A stretch of 64,000 nucleotides of DNA from Carcharhinus amblyrhynchos (GCA_965287045.1 OZ336875.1:85560001-85624000); one strand, 5' to 3'; positions 39,000 to 51,719 are shown, counted from the stretch's first letter. A program made the numbers and translations. Notes: generated by a model not told the origin, from the sequence alone.

Positions 39000-41700
39000 T
39001 CATTTCATTCATGGGATGGGGGCTTAGCTGGCTACGACAGCATTCATTGCCCATCTCTAATTGCCCTTGAGAAGGCAGTGGTGAGCCATCTTCTTGAACC
39101 ATAACAATCTATGTCGCGCAAGTACATCCACAGTGCCGTTAGAGTGTTCCAGGATTTTGATCCAGTGACAGTGAAGAAATGGTGATATTTTTTCATGTCA
39201 GGATGATGAGTGGCTTGGACAGAAACTCCCAGGTTACGGTATTTCCATGTGTCTGCTGCTTTTGTCCTTCTGGATGATAGTGGTCATGAGTTTGAAAGGT
39301 GGTGTCTCGGAAGCCTTTGTGAATTCCTGCAGGGGCAGGTGGATTGGCCATGTTAAGTTGCCCATCAGTGTCAGGGCAATTAGCAAGGTAAATGCATGGG
39401 TTTATGGGGATAGGGCCTGGGTGGAATTGTTGGTGGTCTAAGCTCCATGGGCTGAATGGCCTCTTTCTGCACTGTAGGGATTCTATGATTCTAGTGCATT
39501 TTGTAGATGATACACACTGCTATCGTGGTGCTTGTTTGGCAGATGGAATAAATGTTTGAGGTGTGGATGGGATCCCGATCAAGTGGGCTGTTTTATCTTA
39601 GATGGTGTTGAACTCGAGTGTTTTTGGAACTGTGTTCATCCAGGCAAGTAGAGTACTTCATCACACTCCTGACTTGTAGATGGAGGACAGACTTTGGATG
39701 TCAGAAGACGCATTATTTGCTGCAGAATTCCCTCTGACTTGTTCTTGTAACCACAGTATTTATATGGCTAGTCTAGTTCCGTTTCTGATCAATGTTAACC
39801 CCCAGAATATTGAGAGTGGAGGATTTGGTGATGTCATTTAATGTCAAGGGATGATGATTAAATTCTCACTTCTTGTAGATGGTTGTTGCCTGGCATCTGT
39901 GTGGCACAAATGTTATTTGCCACTTGTCAGCCCAATCCTAAATACTGCCCAGGTCTGGGACTGGTATTTGTACATGAACTGTTTCAGTATGAGTTTTTCA
40001 TGTACAGAGCATACCTGGGCAATTTTCCATATTATCTTCAATACTACTGCTGAATACCATCAAGACTGTAGCCTTTGCAGTCTCCAGTGCCTTCAGCCAT
40101 TTTTTGATATCACATGGGGTGAACTGAACAAAGAACAAAAAACAGCCCGGGAAACAGGCCCTTTGGCCCAACGAGCCCACGCCACCAATTTAACACCACC
40201 AGTCCCCCCCCCCTCCACCCATGGCCCTTATCTATTGTTTTATGGCCATCCACATTGAGGGAAACCAATTTAGGGACAATTTATTACTGCCAATCAGCCT
40301 AATAGCACATCTTTGGTGTGGGAGGAAACCGGAGCACCCAGAGAAAACCCACGCAAGCACAGGGAGAATGTGCAAACTCCCACAGACACTGGCCCAAATC
40401 CATGTGTCTGCACAGCAAACAGTGATAGTCACTGAGCTGTCGTCTTGCCCAGGATCTGGTCCAGTTTAAGCACACACTAACGACATGAAGCACGAGGCTA
40501 ATCTCGAACAACCAAGAGCAGCCCAAGTACGACACATCGCGTGTATGCCCCTCATTGGGCAACAAGGCGGACCAACTTAAAACCTGTGAATGAAAAGAGT
40601 AAAATCATCAACATACCATATCCATTTACCTTACCAGGGACGCCCCAATGCTAATAAACATTATTTAAAACAAATCTCCTATACCCACCCATCTCCAACC
40701 CACTCATGTGCCTGTCTAAGTTACTCTTAAACAACTCTAGCGCGCTTGCCTCCACCACCTTACTTGGCAGAGCATTCCATACCCCCACTACCCTCTGTGT
40801 GAAAAACCTCCCTCTAATATCTGTGTTATACCTCTCCCCCCTCACCTTAAGCCCATGGCCCCTCGTACTGTGTGTCTCTATCATAGAGTAAACAGAGGTA
40901 AGCTATTTCCTATCTATACCCTTCATAATCTTATATACCACTATTGGATCCCCCCTCAGTCGCCGTCTTTCAAGGGAAAAAAGCCCCAATTTGCTCAATC
41001 TTTCCTCATAACCCAATCCTTCCATATCAGGCAACATCCTGGTAAACCTCCTCTGCACTCTCTCCAGAGTCTCCACGTCCTTCCGGTAGTAAGGCGACCA
41101 AAACTGGACACAGTACTCCAAATGAGGCCTAACCGACATTCTATACAACTGCAACATTAGAGTCCAGCTCTTATATTCTATACTCCTTCCTATAAAAGGC
41201 TAACATACCATAGGCTTTCTTCACAACCTTCTCCACTTGAACTGCCACCTTCGAAGACTTGTGCACTTGCACCCCCAGGTCTTGCTGCGATTCTATACTC
41301 CTTATGGGCTTACCCTTTATCATATAACTCCGCCCTACATTATTCCGGCCAAAATGCACCACCTCACATTTATCCGGATTAAACTCCATTTGCCATGCAT
41401 CTGCCCAATATACCAGCCTATCAATATCCCATTGAACTGAATTGGCTGAAGACTGGCATCTGTCATGCTGGGAACTTCCAGAGGAGGCTGAAATGTATTA
41501 TACATTCGGTACTTCTGGCTGAAGATTGTAGCAATTGTCTCAATCTTCTCTTTTGCACTAATGTGCTGGGCTTCTCTGTTAGTGAGGTAGGGGATATTGT
41601 GGAGTCTCCTCCAGCGAGTTGTTTAATTTTCCACCACCATTCGCAGCTTAATGCAGCAGGACTGCAGACCTTGGATCTGATTCATCGATTTTGGGATCAC
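39000..41700 (-). mobile_element. CR1/L2-group LINE (same family as 1-1490) hosting an HE1 tail (39330-39492) and the 40129-41432 insertion
   Basis: Family 3' terminus at 39000-39100. The host sequence gatatcacatggggtgaactgaa|ttggctgaagactggc resumes at 41442. Confidence 0.8.
40129..41432 (-). mobile_element. 5'-truncated CR1 LINE with an extended 3' UTR ending in a V-SINE-derived segment; 9-bp TSD
   Basis: TSD tgaactgaa at 40120-40128 and 41433-41441. CR1 ORF2 pieces at 41171-41389, 40903-41157 and 40651-40884. V-domain at ~40310-40390. Tail ...gggcctgtttcccgggctgtttttttgttctttgttc. Confidence 0.88.
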
Positions 41701-41894
41701 TTGCTGCTTATGCTATCTTATTCAATACTTCTGTTTGATTCCATTTTGCTGTTATGATTGTCTACCTCTATCACATTGCACCTTTTGCCTGACAGAAGTT
41801 CGACGAATGGACAAAGATGGAGCTAAATCAATTCTACGAAATACATGCAAGTTCACCGACACCATTAAATTCCTCTCCCTCTTCAGAAACATCA

Positions 41895-44800
41895 TAGGTC
41901 GAATTTTATGATCTTATTGTGCCTATTTATTGGCTCCAAAATATTGTAAAGTCAGGAGTGAGCCAACTAGTGGGAATGACGCCCATTCCAGAAAGGAAAT
42001 TGGCACAATGAGAACTCCACCCAAAACGGGTGAAACATCACTTTGCATTTTTTTGCATTCATCACAATGTAATTAGCGAACTTCATTCCAAATCGTCCCA
42101 CTTCACCTTCCTTAACGATCTCTTTTGCTGCAGCTGTAACCAACAAGCAAAACACTTCATGTATAAAAGTCAGCTTCAGGCACTGGAGTAGTGAGGGTGA
42201 GAGGGGCAGGTCGGTCTCTGCTTTCAAAACGGCTCCATGCTGCAGAGGGGGTGCTGTTTTGTTGCACCATTGTTGTGTTTCCGGTTGGAGAGGGGGGCCC
42301 GCGAGTGTGTGGGGAGCTGCTGTTGCCTCTCAGCATGGACTAGGATCTGAACGCGTGACTCTGGATCCCAGCCAATAAGCAATGTTATTGCTGGGGAATG
42401 GGCTAGAAACTCTTTCAAGTAGCAGTGTTGGGGGGCTGCTGCTGTGTTGCCATTCTGAAGGACTGGGAATTGGGGAGTGTGTGTTGCTGGAAGGAGGGAG
42501 TTGATGGGATTGGAGTGTGAGAGAGCTGGGCTGAGGGCAAGCAGAGTTATCTAAATTTTCCATCTCTTTCCCCTCCCTCCCACCCCTCCTCACTGCTGCA
42601 TCTCTCCAAATTGATAATATGGCTTTTGCAGTGCAACCCATTGATCTTGCTGTTCTTTTGGTTATTGCTGGAACTGAGGAGTAGCAGCAAGAGAATGAAC
42701 TGTGGGCACAGGAAGCCCAGACCACACCACTCGCAGGAGAGGGAGGCGGCCGCCAGAGCAGGGCATAGTTGCCATTCGCTCCAAGGGGAGACCCCAGTAG
42801 TTCCACACACGAGTATCCTTTGAGTAACTATCGGACAATGCATGCCACTGATGGCTCTGAAAAGAGACAGTACGCCACTTGTGCCAGTTGGTACAGGAAT
42901 AGGCACCTTGGGGCACAAGTGGCACCCGCTCCTGGTAGCTGTGAAAGTGATGGCTGCCTTAAACTTTTATGCCACCAGACTGCCAGTGAAGACCTTTTTG
43001 GTATCTGAGTCACCCATGGACAAGTGGGTGAAGGTGGTCATGGATGCCCTGTATGCCCAGGCTGACCAATACATTAAATTTTACCCAGGCCCAGCAGGAA
43101 GCCCAGGCTGCAGGATTCACAGCCATTGCAGGGTTGCCAAATGTAAAAGGGGGCTATAGGCTGTACCCATGTCGCCCTCAACGCCCCCAACCCCTGTAAG
43201 ATTCATGAACAGAAAGGGCTTCCATTCCATCAATGCACAGTTGGTGTGTGACTATCAGCTGCACATCATATGTCTGTGCCACATGCATGATAGCTTTATG
43301 CTGAGGAGCTCAGATGTCCCACAGATTTTTGAGGAGCAGCAAGGGTGCAGGGATGGCTTGTGGGGGATATGAGGCACCTGCTTTGGATTTGACTGATGAC
43401 ACCAGTGTGGAAGCCTGAGACTGAGGCGAAGATCTGAAAGAATGACGTTGCCACCCACTTAATTGTGGAGTAGTGCATAGGGCTCCTCAAAATGCAGTTC
43501 AGGTGCCTGCACTGCTCTGGCGGGGCATTCCAGTATAGCCCTATGATATCGTCTCACATCGTGCAGCGCACAGCACACCACCACAATCTGGCACAGTAGC
43601 AGGGAGACTTTCTGGAGGAGGAAGAGGTGGGAGCCAAACACCTGGGCATCGCTTGGGGGGACAAAGGTTGGGGGGGGGGGGGGGGGGGGGGGGGGAGAAG
43701 GAGTGGGGGGGAGGAAGAGAAGGAGGGGGGGGAAAGAGAAGGAGGGGGGGGAAAGAGAAGGAGGGGGGGGAAAGAGAAGGAGGGGGGGGAAAGAGAAGGA
43801 GGGGGGGGAAAGAGAAGGAGGGGGGGGGAAAGAGAAGGAGGGGGGGGGAAAGAGAAGGAGGGGGGGGGAAAGAGAAGGAGGGGGGGGAAAGAGAAGGAGG
43901 GGGGGGAAAGAGAAGGAGGGGGGGGAAAGAGAAGGAGGGGGGGGAAAGAGAAGGAGGGGGGGGAAGGAGAAGGAGGGGGGGGAAGGAGAAGGAGGGGGGG
44001 GAAGGAGAAGGAGGGGGGGGAAAGAGAAGGAGGGGGGGGAAAGAGAAGGAGGGGGGGGAAAGAGAAGGAGGGGGGGGAAAGAGAAGGAGGGGGGGGAAAG
44101 AGAAGGAGGGGGGGGAAAGAGAAGGAGGGGGGGGAAAGAGAAGGAGGGGGGGGAAAGAGAAGGAGGGGGGGGAAAGAGAAGGAGGGGGGGGAAAGAGAAG
44201 GAGGGGGGGGAAAGAGAAGGAGGGGGGGGGAAAGAGAAGGAGGGGGGGGGAAAGAGAAGGAGGGGGGGGAAAGAGAAGGAGGGGGGGGGAAAGAGAAGGA
44301 GGGGGGGGGAAAGAGAAGGAGGGGGGGGAAAGAGAAGGAGGGGGGGGGAAAGAGAAGGAGGAGGGGGGGGAAAGAGAAGGAGGAGGGGGGGGAAAGAGAA
44401 GGAGGGGGGGGAAAGAGAAGGAGGGGGGGGGAAAGAGAAGGAGGAGGGGGGGGAAAGAGAAGGAGGGGGGGGAAAGAGAAGGAGGGGGGGGAAAGAGAAG
44501 GAGGAGGGGGGGGAAAGAGAAGGAGGGGGGGGAGAAGAGAAGGAGGGGGGGGAGAAGAGAAGGAGGGGGGGGAGAAGAGAAGGGGGGGGGGGAGAAGAGA
44601 AGGAGGGGGGGAGAAAGAGAAGGAGGGGGGGGAAAGAGAAGGAGGGGGGGGAAAGAGAAGGAGGGGGGGGAAAAGAGAAGGCGGGGGGGGAAGAGAAGGA
44701 GGGGGGGGGGAGGCAAGAGGAGGATAGCAGCAACAACCAAACATGATCCAGGCACTAGAGGCAGCAAGGATCAGGCATTCGAGGGCAGCCCTGATCACCA

Positions 44801-45930
44801 CGCATTTTAGAAATTAAGAGTGTTGCTGCACATGGGTTCAGATCCAACCCACCATGACCCCGTGCACCCCTTAAATCTCCTGCAACATTGTAACACCAGA
44901 ATGTGGGCCTGGGTATGCTGTGTTAGCAAGTTTCTGTGACAGGTAAGGCGATGACGACAACTCGCTATGCATCTTCATGTTGATGCCCTGGTACAAACTC
45001 GTCTGACCCTTACCTGAACTCTGCATGCACGCTCTAAACATCCATGCAGATCTTCAGGCCGAATTTGAGGGCGGGTGGGTCTCTCCCTGGCTCTGGAGAT
45101 GCCACAGCAGATGTTGTCAGTGGCTGCCACTGCACACCACCAGCTGTCGCCAGTGAATGATTTGAGGGCCTTGATTTTCACAATAGCTATACACTAAGGG
45201 CCCTCCTCCACTGACATCAACTTGCAGGGTTCCTCTGACAAAAGTCAGGGTAAATACATTCCCATGGGAGGCTTATCAGAGACATTAGCTGCAACTGTGG
45301 GATACAGTAACATTTGATGGTGCCAATAAGAGTGCCATCAAATTAAGTGCTAACATATAAAAACAAGCAAAAGTGAGGCTTTTAAGTGCCTAAATATTCT
45401 AGCTGGAGTACTCCTTCAACCATGCCATCTTCGTGCAGCTACACCCTCTTAACTTTACGTGGCCAACCATTGTGTCTCAGTGTCTCTTCAGGATGTACAT
45501 CGGAGGTGGGAGACACAAGGTTAAGTGCAAGGGAGGACCATGAATCTAGGCTGCACGCAACTTACTTCAGGTATCTCCAACAAATGGAAGATTGGCAAGT
45601 GCTCACTTCAGTGCTCCAGCCGGACCTGGCTGTTGTCAATTGTGCGGATCACCTCAACTCCTGCAAGCTCCAGTGTCCAGTCCTCAAAGGGTGAGGGGAC
45701 CGGATCTTAGGCACACCACCCACTGTCTTTGTCCTCTCCGGTGGTTATGGGCATTCTTTTCCCATGGGTACAAATGGAGCCACATAAAATCTGATGACAA
45801 GAATCCTGGAAGTAAGTGTCAGGGAGTGGCTCTCAGAGGGCAAGGACTGACAGACTCTTGGGGTTCAAGGAAGGTGCTGCGGGTCACAGGTCATTTAGGG
45901 AAAGATGCTAGATCAGGTTGAACACCCTTG
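41895..45930 (+). mobile_element. Decayed PIF/Harbinger DNA transposon (transposase about 42620-44810)
   Basis: VKVMAALNFYAT, NRKGFHSINAQLVCD, HDSFML, WLVGD, IGLLKMQFRCL and C-terminal ...HAF* at 44810. Left end ggtcgaattttatg. Right boundary uncertain. Confidence 0.85.
43670..44713 (+). repeat. Purine-only minisatellite: ~50 units of AAAGAGAAGGA(G)8-9 preceded by a G26 run
   Basis: Directly visible. Only two pyrimidines (T43704, C44682) in 1044 bp. Confidence 0.97.
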
Positions 45931-47224
45931 CTGCCCGTATTAGGTCATTCAGTTTCTTCCGACTTTGCTTATGAAACAATTTCTTCAAAAGGGCTTGCAT
46001 TATTTTATGTCCAGTGGCTCAATAATAGTTATTGGAACTTTACACACATCTTGCAAAAATCACAGTCACATTTCTAAACTGATTATTACTTGCATGTTAT
46101 TTACTCAGTGTTTGGTATAATAGAATGAATACTTCTATTGCTAGAATCCTATCTACAAAATATCTACTCCAACGATTTCACCATAATGATAGATCAGTAC
46201 ACTTACAGTTCACAATATAAACAAACTAACACAAAAACTGCTATTTGAAAATGCAGAACAAAAGCTATCGCAGCTGAGGTCACACAAACATACTCCCTTC
46301 TTAGTTAAGCCAATTCATGCAAGAATTGGTTTTGAAATTGCTTGTTAGTTCTGGTCAAGGCTCAAGCCAATGATGCACAAAAATTCTCTCACAGCAGAAA
46401 TGCAGAGAATGTAATCAGACCTTTGCAGATTTCTTTTGGCACTGCACAATTCACTGCAAAGGAATACCTAGAAAAATCAATTTACATGTCTCGGTGTCAC
46501 AGACAATTTCACACAAAATTCAGTTACAGTATTTCAGGAAAAAAAGTGTTTGGTGCTTCCAATTTGACAAAGAAAGGTGACTAAAAACAAATTTCACTCA
46601 ATTCCCTCAAATATCACCGAGGCATTAAAGGTAAGCATCATACTGTCTTGCTCAGCATGTGAAGGGCAACAATCAAGACATGATCGGAGCCTGTAAGTTG
46701 TGAGAAAACTTCCCCCGCTTTTGCTCTAAGTATACAAAACATATATTCCGACAGTTCAATTTGTAGAGCTTCATGCAAATTCATCCCAAAGATGCAGTTC
46801 ATCAATAAAAGGTAACTGGGACTGAAAGCCATAATTTAAATGAAAGGAATTATTCACAAATGGAAGTACTAATTTGGAAACTATGTAATCAGCATTCCAG
46901 ATGATCAACAATGCAGGCAGCAAATGGAAGAATTTGAATTACCCGTTACAATAGCTAAACAAAGAAGTCAAGTTAAGCTACAAACAAAAGAATGAACATT
47001 ATAAATTGCCTTCTAATCAGAGACATGGAAATAAATAATGGAATTCAGACTCTATTGCACTACACGATTCACAAAACACGTCAACTCCTCCACCAAAACC
47101 CAAACATTTCCTCCTCTTTCATAAAACTCACTTCAAAATGCAACCCAAACCAAAATTTGGTAAATTAAATACAGTGTTGTTGCTGCCTGTAGTTACACCC
47201 ACCAGGTGATCTGTTGTCATGGTA

Positions 47225-48628
47225 CGTGACGTAGCAATGCTGGCATTGGACTGGGGTAAGCACAGTAAGAAGTCTCACAACACCAGGTTAAAGTCCAACA
47301 GGTTTATTTGATAGCACGAGCCACAAGCTTTCAGAGTGCTCCTTCATCAAGTGAGTGAGGACTTGTGTTTACAAACAGAGCATATAAAGACACAAACTCA
47401 AATTTACAAGCTAATGATTGGAATGCAAGTCTTTACAGGTAATCAAGTCTTAAAAAAGTACAGACAGTGTGAGCGGAGAGAGGGTTAAGCTCATGGTAAA
47501 GAGACGTGTCTCTCCAACCAGGCCAGTTAGAGATTTTTGCAAGCCTGGGCAAGTTGCGGAGGTTACAGGTAGTATGACATGAACCCAAGATCCCGGTTGA
47601 GGAACTTGGATATCAATTTCTGCTCAGAGATTGTGCATTGTCACGTATCTTAAACACCGCCTTGGAGAACGCTTAGCCGAAGATCAGAGCCTTAATGTCT
47701 GTGACTGCTGATGTGTTCCCCAACACAAACCGGTGGTACCTTGTTTGAGGTTGTTTGAAGGCGAGAAGTGGCAGTGATGAGATGTTCATCTTCATCGATA
47801 ACATGCTGAAGGCTCCAGAGAAGATGACACAGCTTCTCCGCTCCGGAGAAGTACCTCAAACAGGCTATTGTCCGCAGCAAACTACCCAGCCTTCACCAAA
47901 ACAGTGACCACAAAACACAACCCTGCCACAGCAACCTCTGCGAGGCATGCCGGATCATCAACATCATCTCAAGTGACAACACCATCCATCAGCTACACAG
48001 TCCACACTCTTGCAACTCAGCCAATTTCATCAACCTGATACGCTGCAAGAAAGGATGTCCCGAGGCATGGTACACTAGGGAGACCATGCAGATGCTACGA
48101 AAATAGATGAATGAATGAACATCGCTCGACAATCACCAGGAAAGAGTGTACTCTCTCTGTTGGGGAACACTTTAGCAGTCACAGGCATTCAGCCTCTGAT
48201 CTTCGGGTAAGCGTTCTCCAAGGCGGCCTTCATGACACACAACGCAGAACTGCTGAGCGGAAACCGATAGCCAAGTTCCACAAACAAGGACGGCCTCAGC
48301 CGTGATCTTGGACTCATGTCACACCATCTGTAACCCCCCAAAACTTGCTTGGGCTTGCAACATCTCACTAACTGTCCTGGCTAGAGATATACACATCTTT
48401 TTAACCTGTGCTTAATCCTCTCTCCACTCACATTGTTTAAGACTTGATTACCTGTAAAGGCTCGCATTCCAACCATTATCTTGTTAACTGAGTTTGTGTC
48501 TATATATGCTCTGTTTGTGAACACAACTCCCACTCACCTGATGAAGGGGCAGCGCTCCAAAAGCTTGTGGCTTGTGTTAACAAATAAATCTGTTGGACTT
48601 TAACCTGGTGTTGTGAGACTTCTTACTC
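47225..48628. mobile_element. Penelope-like insertion: tailed copy (minus, to ~47856) plus inverted tail-less copy (plus), 8-bp TSD
   Basis: TSD tcatggta at 47217-47224 and 48629-48636. GIY-YIG remnant (CKKGCPEAWYTRET..MNEHRSTI, VGEHF) and a pLTR at each end. Confidence 0.88.
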
Positions 48629-48639
48629 TCATGGTATAT

Positions 48640-49800
48640 CACATTTACCTTGCACCATCCTCACTCATCTACTGTAGCTCATCCGCAACCTTTCTATGAT
48701 AATTGTTGTCCGACTATGCAGAGGTCAATCTCTTTGTGCCACTCTCCATTTTGCTCTCTAGAAGATATCTCTGAAGGCTTTTAAACTCCGCTCAATTGGC
48801 GAAACTACTGACATTTTGTTTCTGGATGTCACTTTTTAAAGCGTTCTACCTGTTCCTACAATTTCAAGGACTACATTTGTCTTATGGTCTGTATATGGAA
48901 TGACTGATAGTCATCTTATTATCCACATTTCAAGGCCTCTATTTTCCTTCAAGATCTTGTCTTATTGTTCACATTTTTGAAGCAGACTGGGAAATGAATA
49001 GAATGTAGCATCTAATAAGTCTTTTCTTTGTTACAGTTTTCTTCTGAACACATCTTCACAAAATTTCTTTGGCTCTCTCTATTCTTCTTCTGACTTCAGC
49101 ATTGTATCTATCATCTTATCATTTGTCCGAAATGTGCAAACTGATTTACTTGTTCCATTATTAGACTATCCACTTAAACATAAGAACATAAGGAATAGGA
49201 GCAGGAGTAGGCCATCTAGCCCTTCGAGCCTGCCCCGCCATTCAATAAGATCATGGCTGATCTGTCGTGGCTCAGTTCCACTTTCCCGCCCTCTCCCCAT
49301 AACCCTTAATCCCCTCTCTTATCAAAAACCCATCAACCCGCGTCTTAAAAATATTTAGCGAGGCAGCCTCCACCACTTCAACGGGCAGAGAATTCCAGAG
49401 ATTCATCACCCTTTGAGTGAAGAAGTTCCTCCTCAACTCCGTTCTAAACCGCCCCCCCTTTATCTATATTTCTTCAGACTACCGTTGCATGCATCTTTTG
49501 GTGTTCATACTCAATCCATATTCTAAACCTAAACTGATCAATTTTATTTGATCTACAATATTTTGTAGCGCCTCTTCCGATTTTGCAAGTAGCGCTGTCT
49601 CATCAGCGTACTGCAAGTTTATGTTCTTGCCTCTGATTTTTAAACCATGAAGTACATCTGGCTTCAAATTTTTGTTCTCTGCACAGATTGAGTAAGTTTG
49701 ATGACAGCCTTGTCATACGCCTCTTGAAATATATCCGAATGTCTTGCTTCTAGCCTGATGCTTTTACGTCTTTACTGTCAATGGCACATTTCAACACATC
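48640..49800 (-). mobile_element. Old RTE-like LINE fragment
   Basis: GLKIRGKNINLQYADETALLAKSEEALQ (49479-49667). Confidence 0.7.
49175..49460 (-). mobile_element. Young CR1 3' end inserted in the RTE fragment
   Basis: Tail acataagaacataag. Reverse complement gives RRNFFTQRVMNLWNSLP. CpG sites retained. Confidence 0.85.
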
Positions 49801-49871
49801 TATTAACTTTTGGGTAAAAACACAGTCAAACGATTTTCATAATCAAACATTTGTCAATGTTCCTGTTTTCC

Positions 49872-50660
49872 ACTGAATCTCTACGGTGCAGAAAGAGGCC
49901 ATTCAGCACATCAAGTCTGCACTGTCTCGCCAAAAGAGCATCCCACCCGGGCCCTCCCCTCTGCTGTATCCCCATAACTCGTGCATTTGCCATAGCCAAT
50001 CCCCCTAGCCTACACATCTTTGGATACTAAGGGACAATTTAGATTATTCAATCCACCTAACCTGCACATCTTTGACAGCCATAAGAAATCATTATTTCTG
50101 GTGGTATCACAGTTTGATATGGCTCCAAGACTGCAAAAAAAACCACAAAGGATTGTGAATGAAGCCCAGTCCATCACACAAACCAGCCTCCAATCCACTG
50201 ACACAGTCTACACATCCCATTGCCTCCGAAAAGCAGCCAGCATAATCAAGGACTCCATGCACACTGGACATATTCTCTTGAACCTCCTTTCGTTGGGAAA
50301 AAGACAAAAATCCAAAGACACGTACCAACTAACTCATGAACAACTTCTTCCCTGCTACCAATTTTTGGAAGGACCTACCTCATATTAAGTTGATCTTTCT
50401 CTACACCCTATGGTTGTAACACTACATTCTGCGCTCTATCCTTTCCTTCTGTGTGATGGTATGTTTTCTGTATAGTGTGCAAAAACAATACTAATACATG
50501 TGACAATAATAAATCAAACATCTTTGCACCTTGGGAAGAAACTACAACGCCCAAGGAAACCCACGTAGGCGCAGGGAGAATGTGCAAACTCCACACAAGC
50601 CCAAAAATCAAACCCAGATCTTTGGCGCTGAGAGCAGCAGCGCTAGTCACTGTGCCTCCC
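49872..50660 (-). mobile_element. HE1-like V-SINE interrupted by a Rex1 fragment
   Basis: Head at 50600-50660 (ggcacagtgactagc), V-domain at 50530-50600 and tail at 49872-50070. Confidence 0.82.
50075..50517 (+). mobile_element. Rex1/Babar LINE 3' end with 9-bp TSD
   Basis: QRIVNEAQSIT...YTSHCLRKAASIIKDSMHTGHILLNLLSLGKR (Rex1-type C-terminus), tail aataaatcaa, TSD acatctttg at 50066-50074 and 50518-50526. Confidence 0.82.
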
Positions 50661-50904
50661 TAGACATTTATCAAGGATTGTTCCTAGGTTAAATATTTCC
50701 TCTCGTGCCAATTCCAGATCTAAATCTAGACAATATTTAACCAATTTCTGCTTCAAATGTTTTGGTATTTCTTTCTAATATGATTTTCAATATCGCGTTA
50801 ATGAGATGACTCATTAAACTTAAAGTTCTAAAATGATTGTATTCCATTGCTTTAGGTTTCTTCAGTAACTTAACGAATAACTAAAGTCTCAAGTTTTTTA
50901 AAAG

Positions 50905-51640
50905 ATTATTCTTTCAGGGGATGAGTGTTTTACAGGCAATGCCAGCAATTATTGCCCTTTCATGAGAGTCCTTAAGAAGGTGGGGGTAAGCATCTTCTTG
51001 AACTGCAGCGATATATGTGCTATAGGTAGAGCCATAGCGTCTTGAGGGGGGAGTTCTCAGACTTTGTCCTGGTATAGTGAATGTACAGCAATATATTTCA
51101 AAGTCAGAATGATATGTGGCTTGGAGGGGAACTTGCAGTGATGGCGTTCCAACAGATCTGTTGCCCTTGTCCTTCTAGGTGTTAGTCATCATGGGTTTGG
51201 AAGGTGTTACTGAGGGAGCGTGATGAATTGCTGCAGTGAATCTTGTAGATGGGGCACATTGTTGCCACTGTGCATCAGAGCTGAAGTGAACGTTTAAGCT
51301 GGTGGATGAGGTGCTGATCAAAATAGCTGATTTGTTTTGGATGATCAAGTTTCTTGAAAGTTCTTGGAGCTGCATTCATCCAGGCCAGTGTACAGTATTC
51401 CAATCACACTCCTCACTTGTGCCTTATGGATGGTAAACAGGCATTGGGCGCCAGGAGACAAGTTATTTGACACAGAATTCCCAGGCCTCTGACCTGCTCT
51501 TCTAACCACAGTGTTTACGTGGCTGCTGCAGTTCAGTTTCTGGTTAAAGGTAACCCTTAAGAAGTTGATTGTGAGGGATTCAGCAATGGTAAAGCCGTTG
51601 GATGCCAAAAAGGCGATGATTAGATTCTATCTTGCTGATA
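50905..51640 (-). mobile_element. CR1/L2-group LINE 3' part (same family as 1-1490)
   Basis: Family terminus at 50910-51010, colinear with 2440-3500 and 39000-39850. Confidence 0.75.
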
Positions 51641-51719
51641 TAGAGCAAGGAAAAAGGAGCGAAAGGCAAGCTGGATGAAGAATTCCTACAATTTACACAG
51701 GAGAAAATCTTGACACAAT

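Noticed and set aside
42611-43600. Domesticated HARBI1-like gene
   Set aside because: Multiple stops and frameshifts through the catalytic motifs; a dead transposon copy.
43670-44713. CRISPR-like array
   Set aside because: Head-to-tail low-complexity units without unique spacers, no cas genes, vertebrate context.
43459-44810. Six long ORFs (347-425 aa) rich in Pro/Ser/Phe or Gly/Glu/Arg/Lys
   Set aside because: Artefact of the purine-only tandem repeat, which has no stop codon in any frame.
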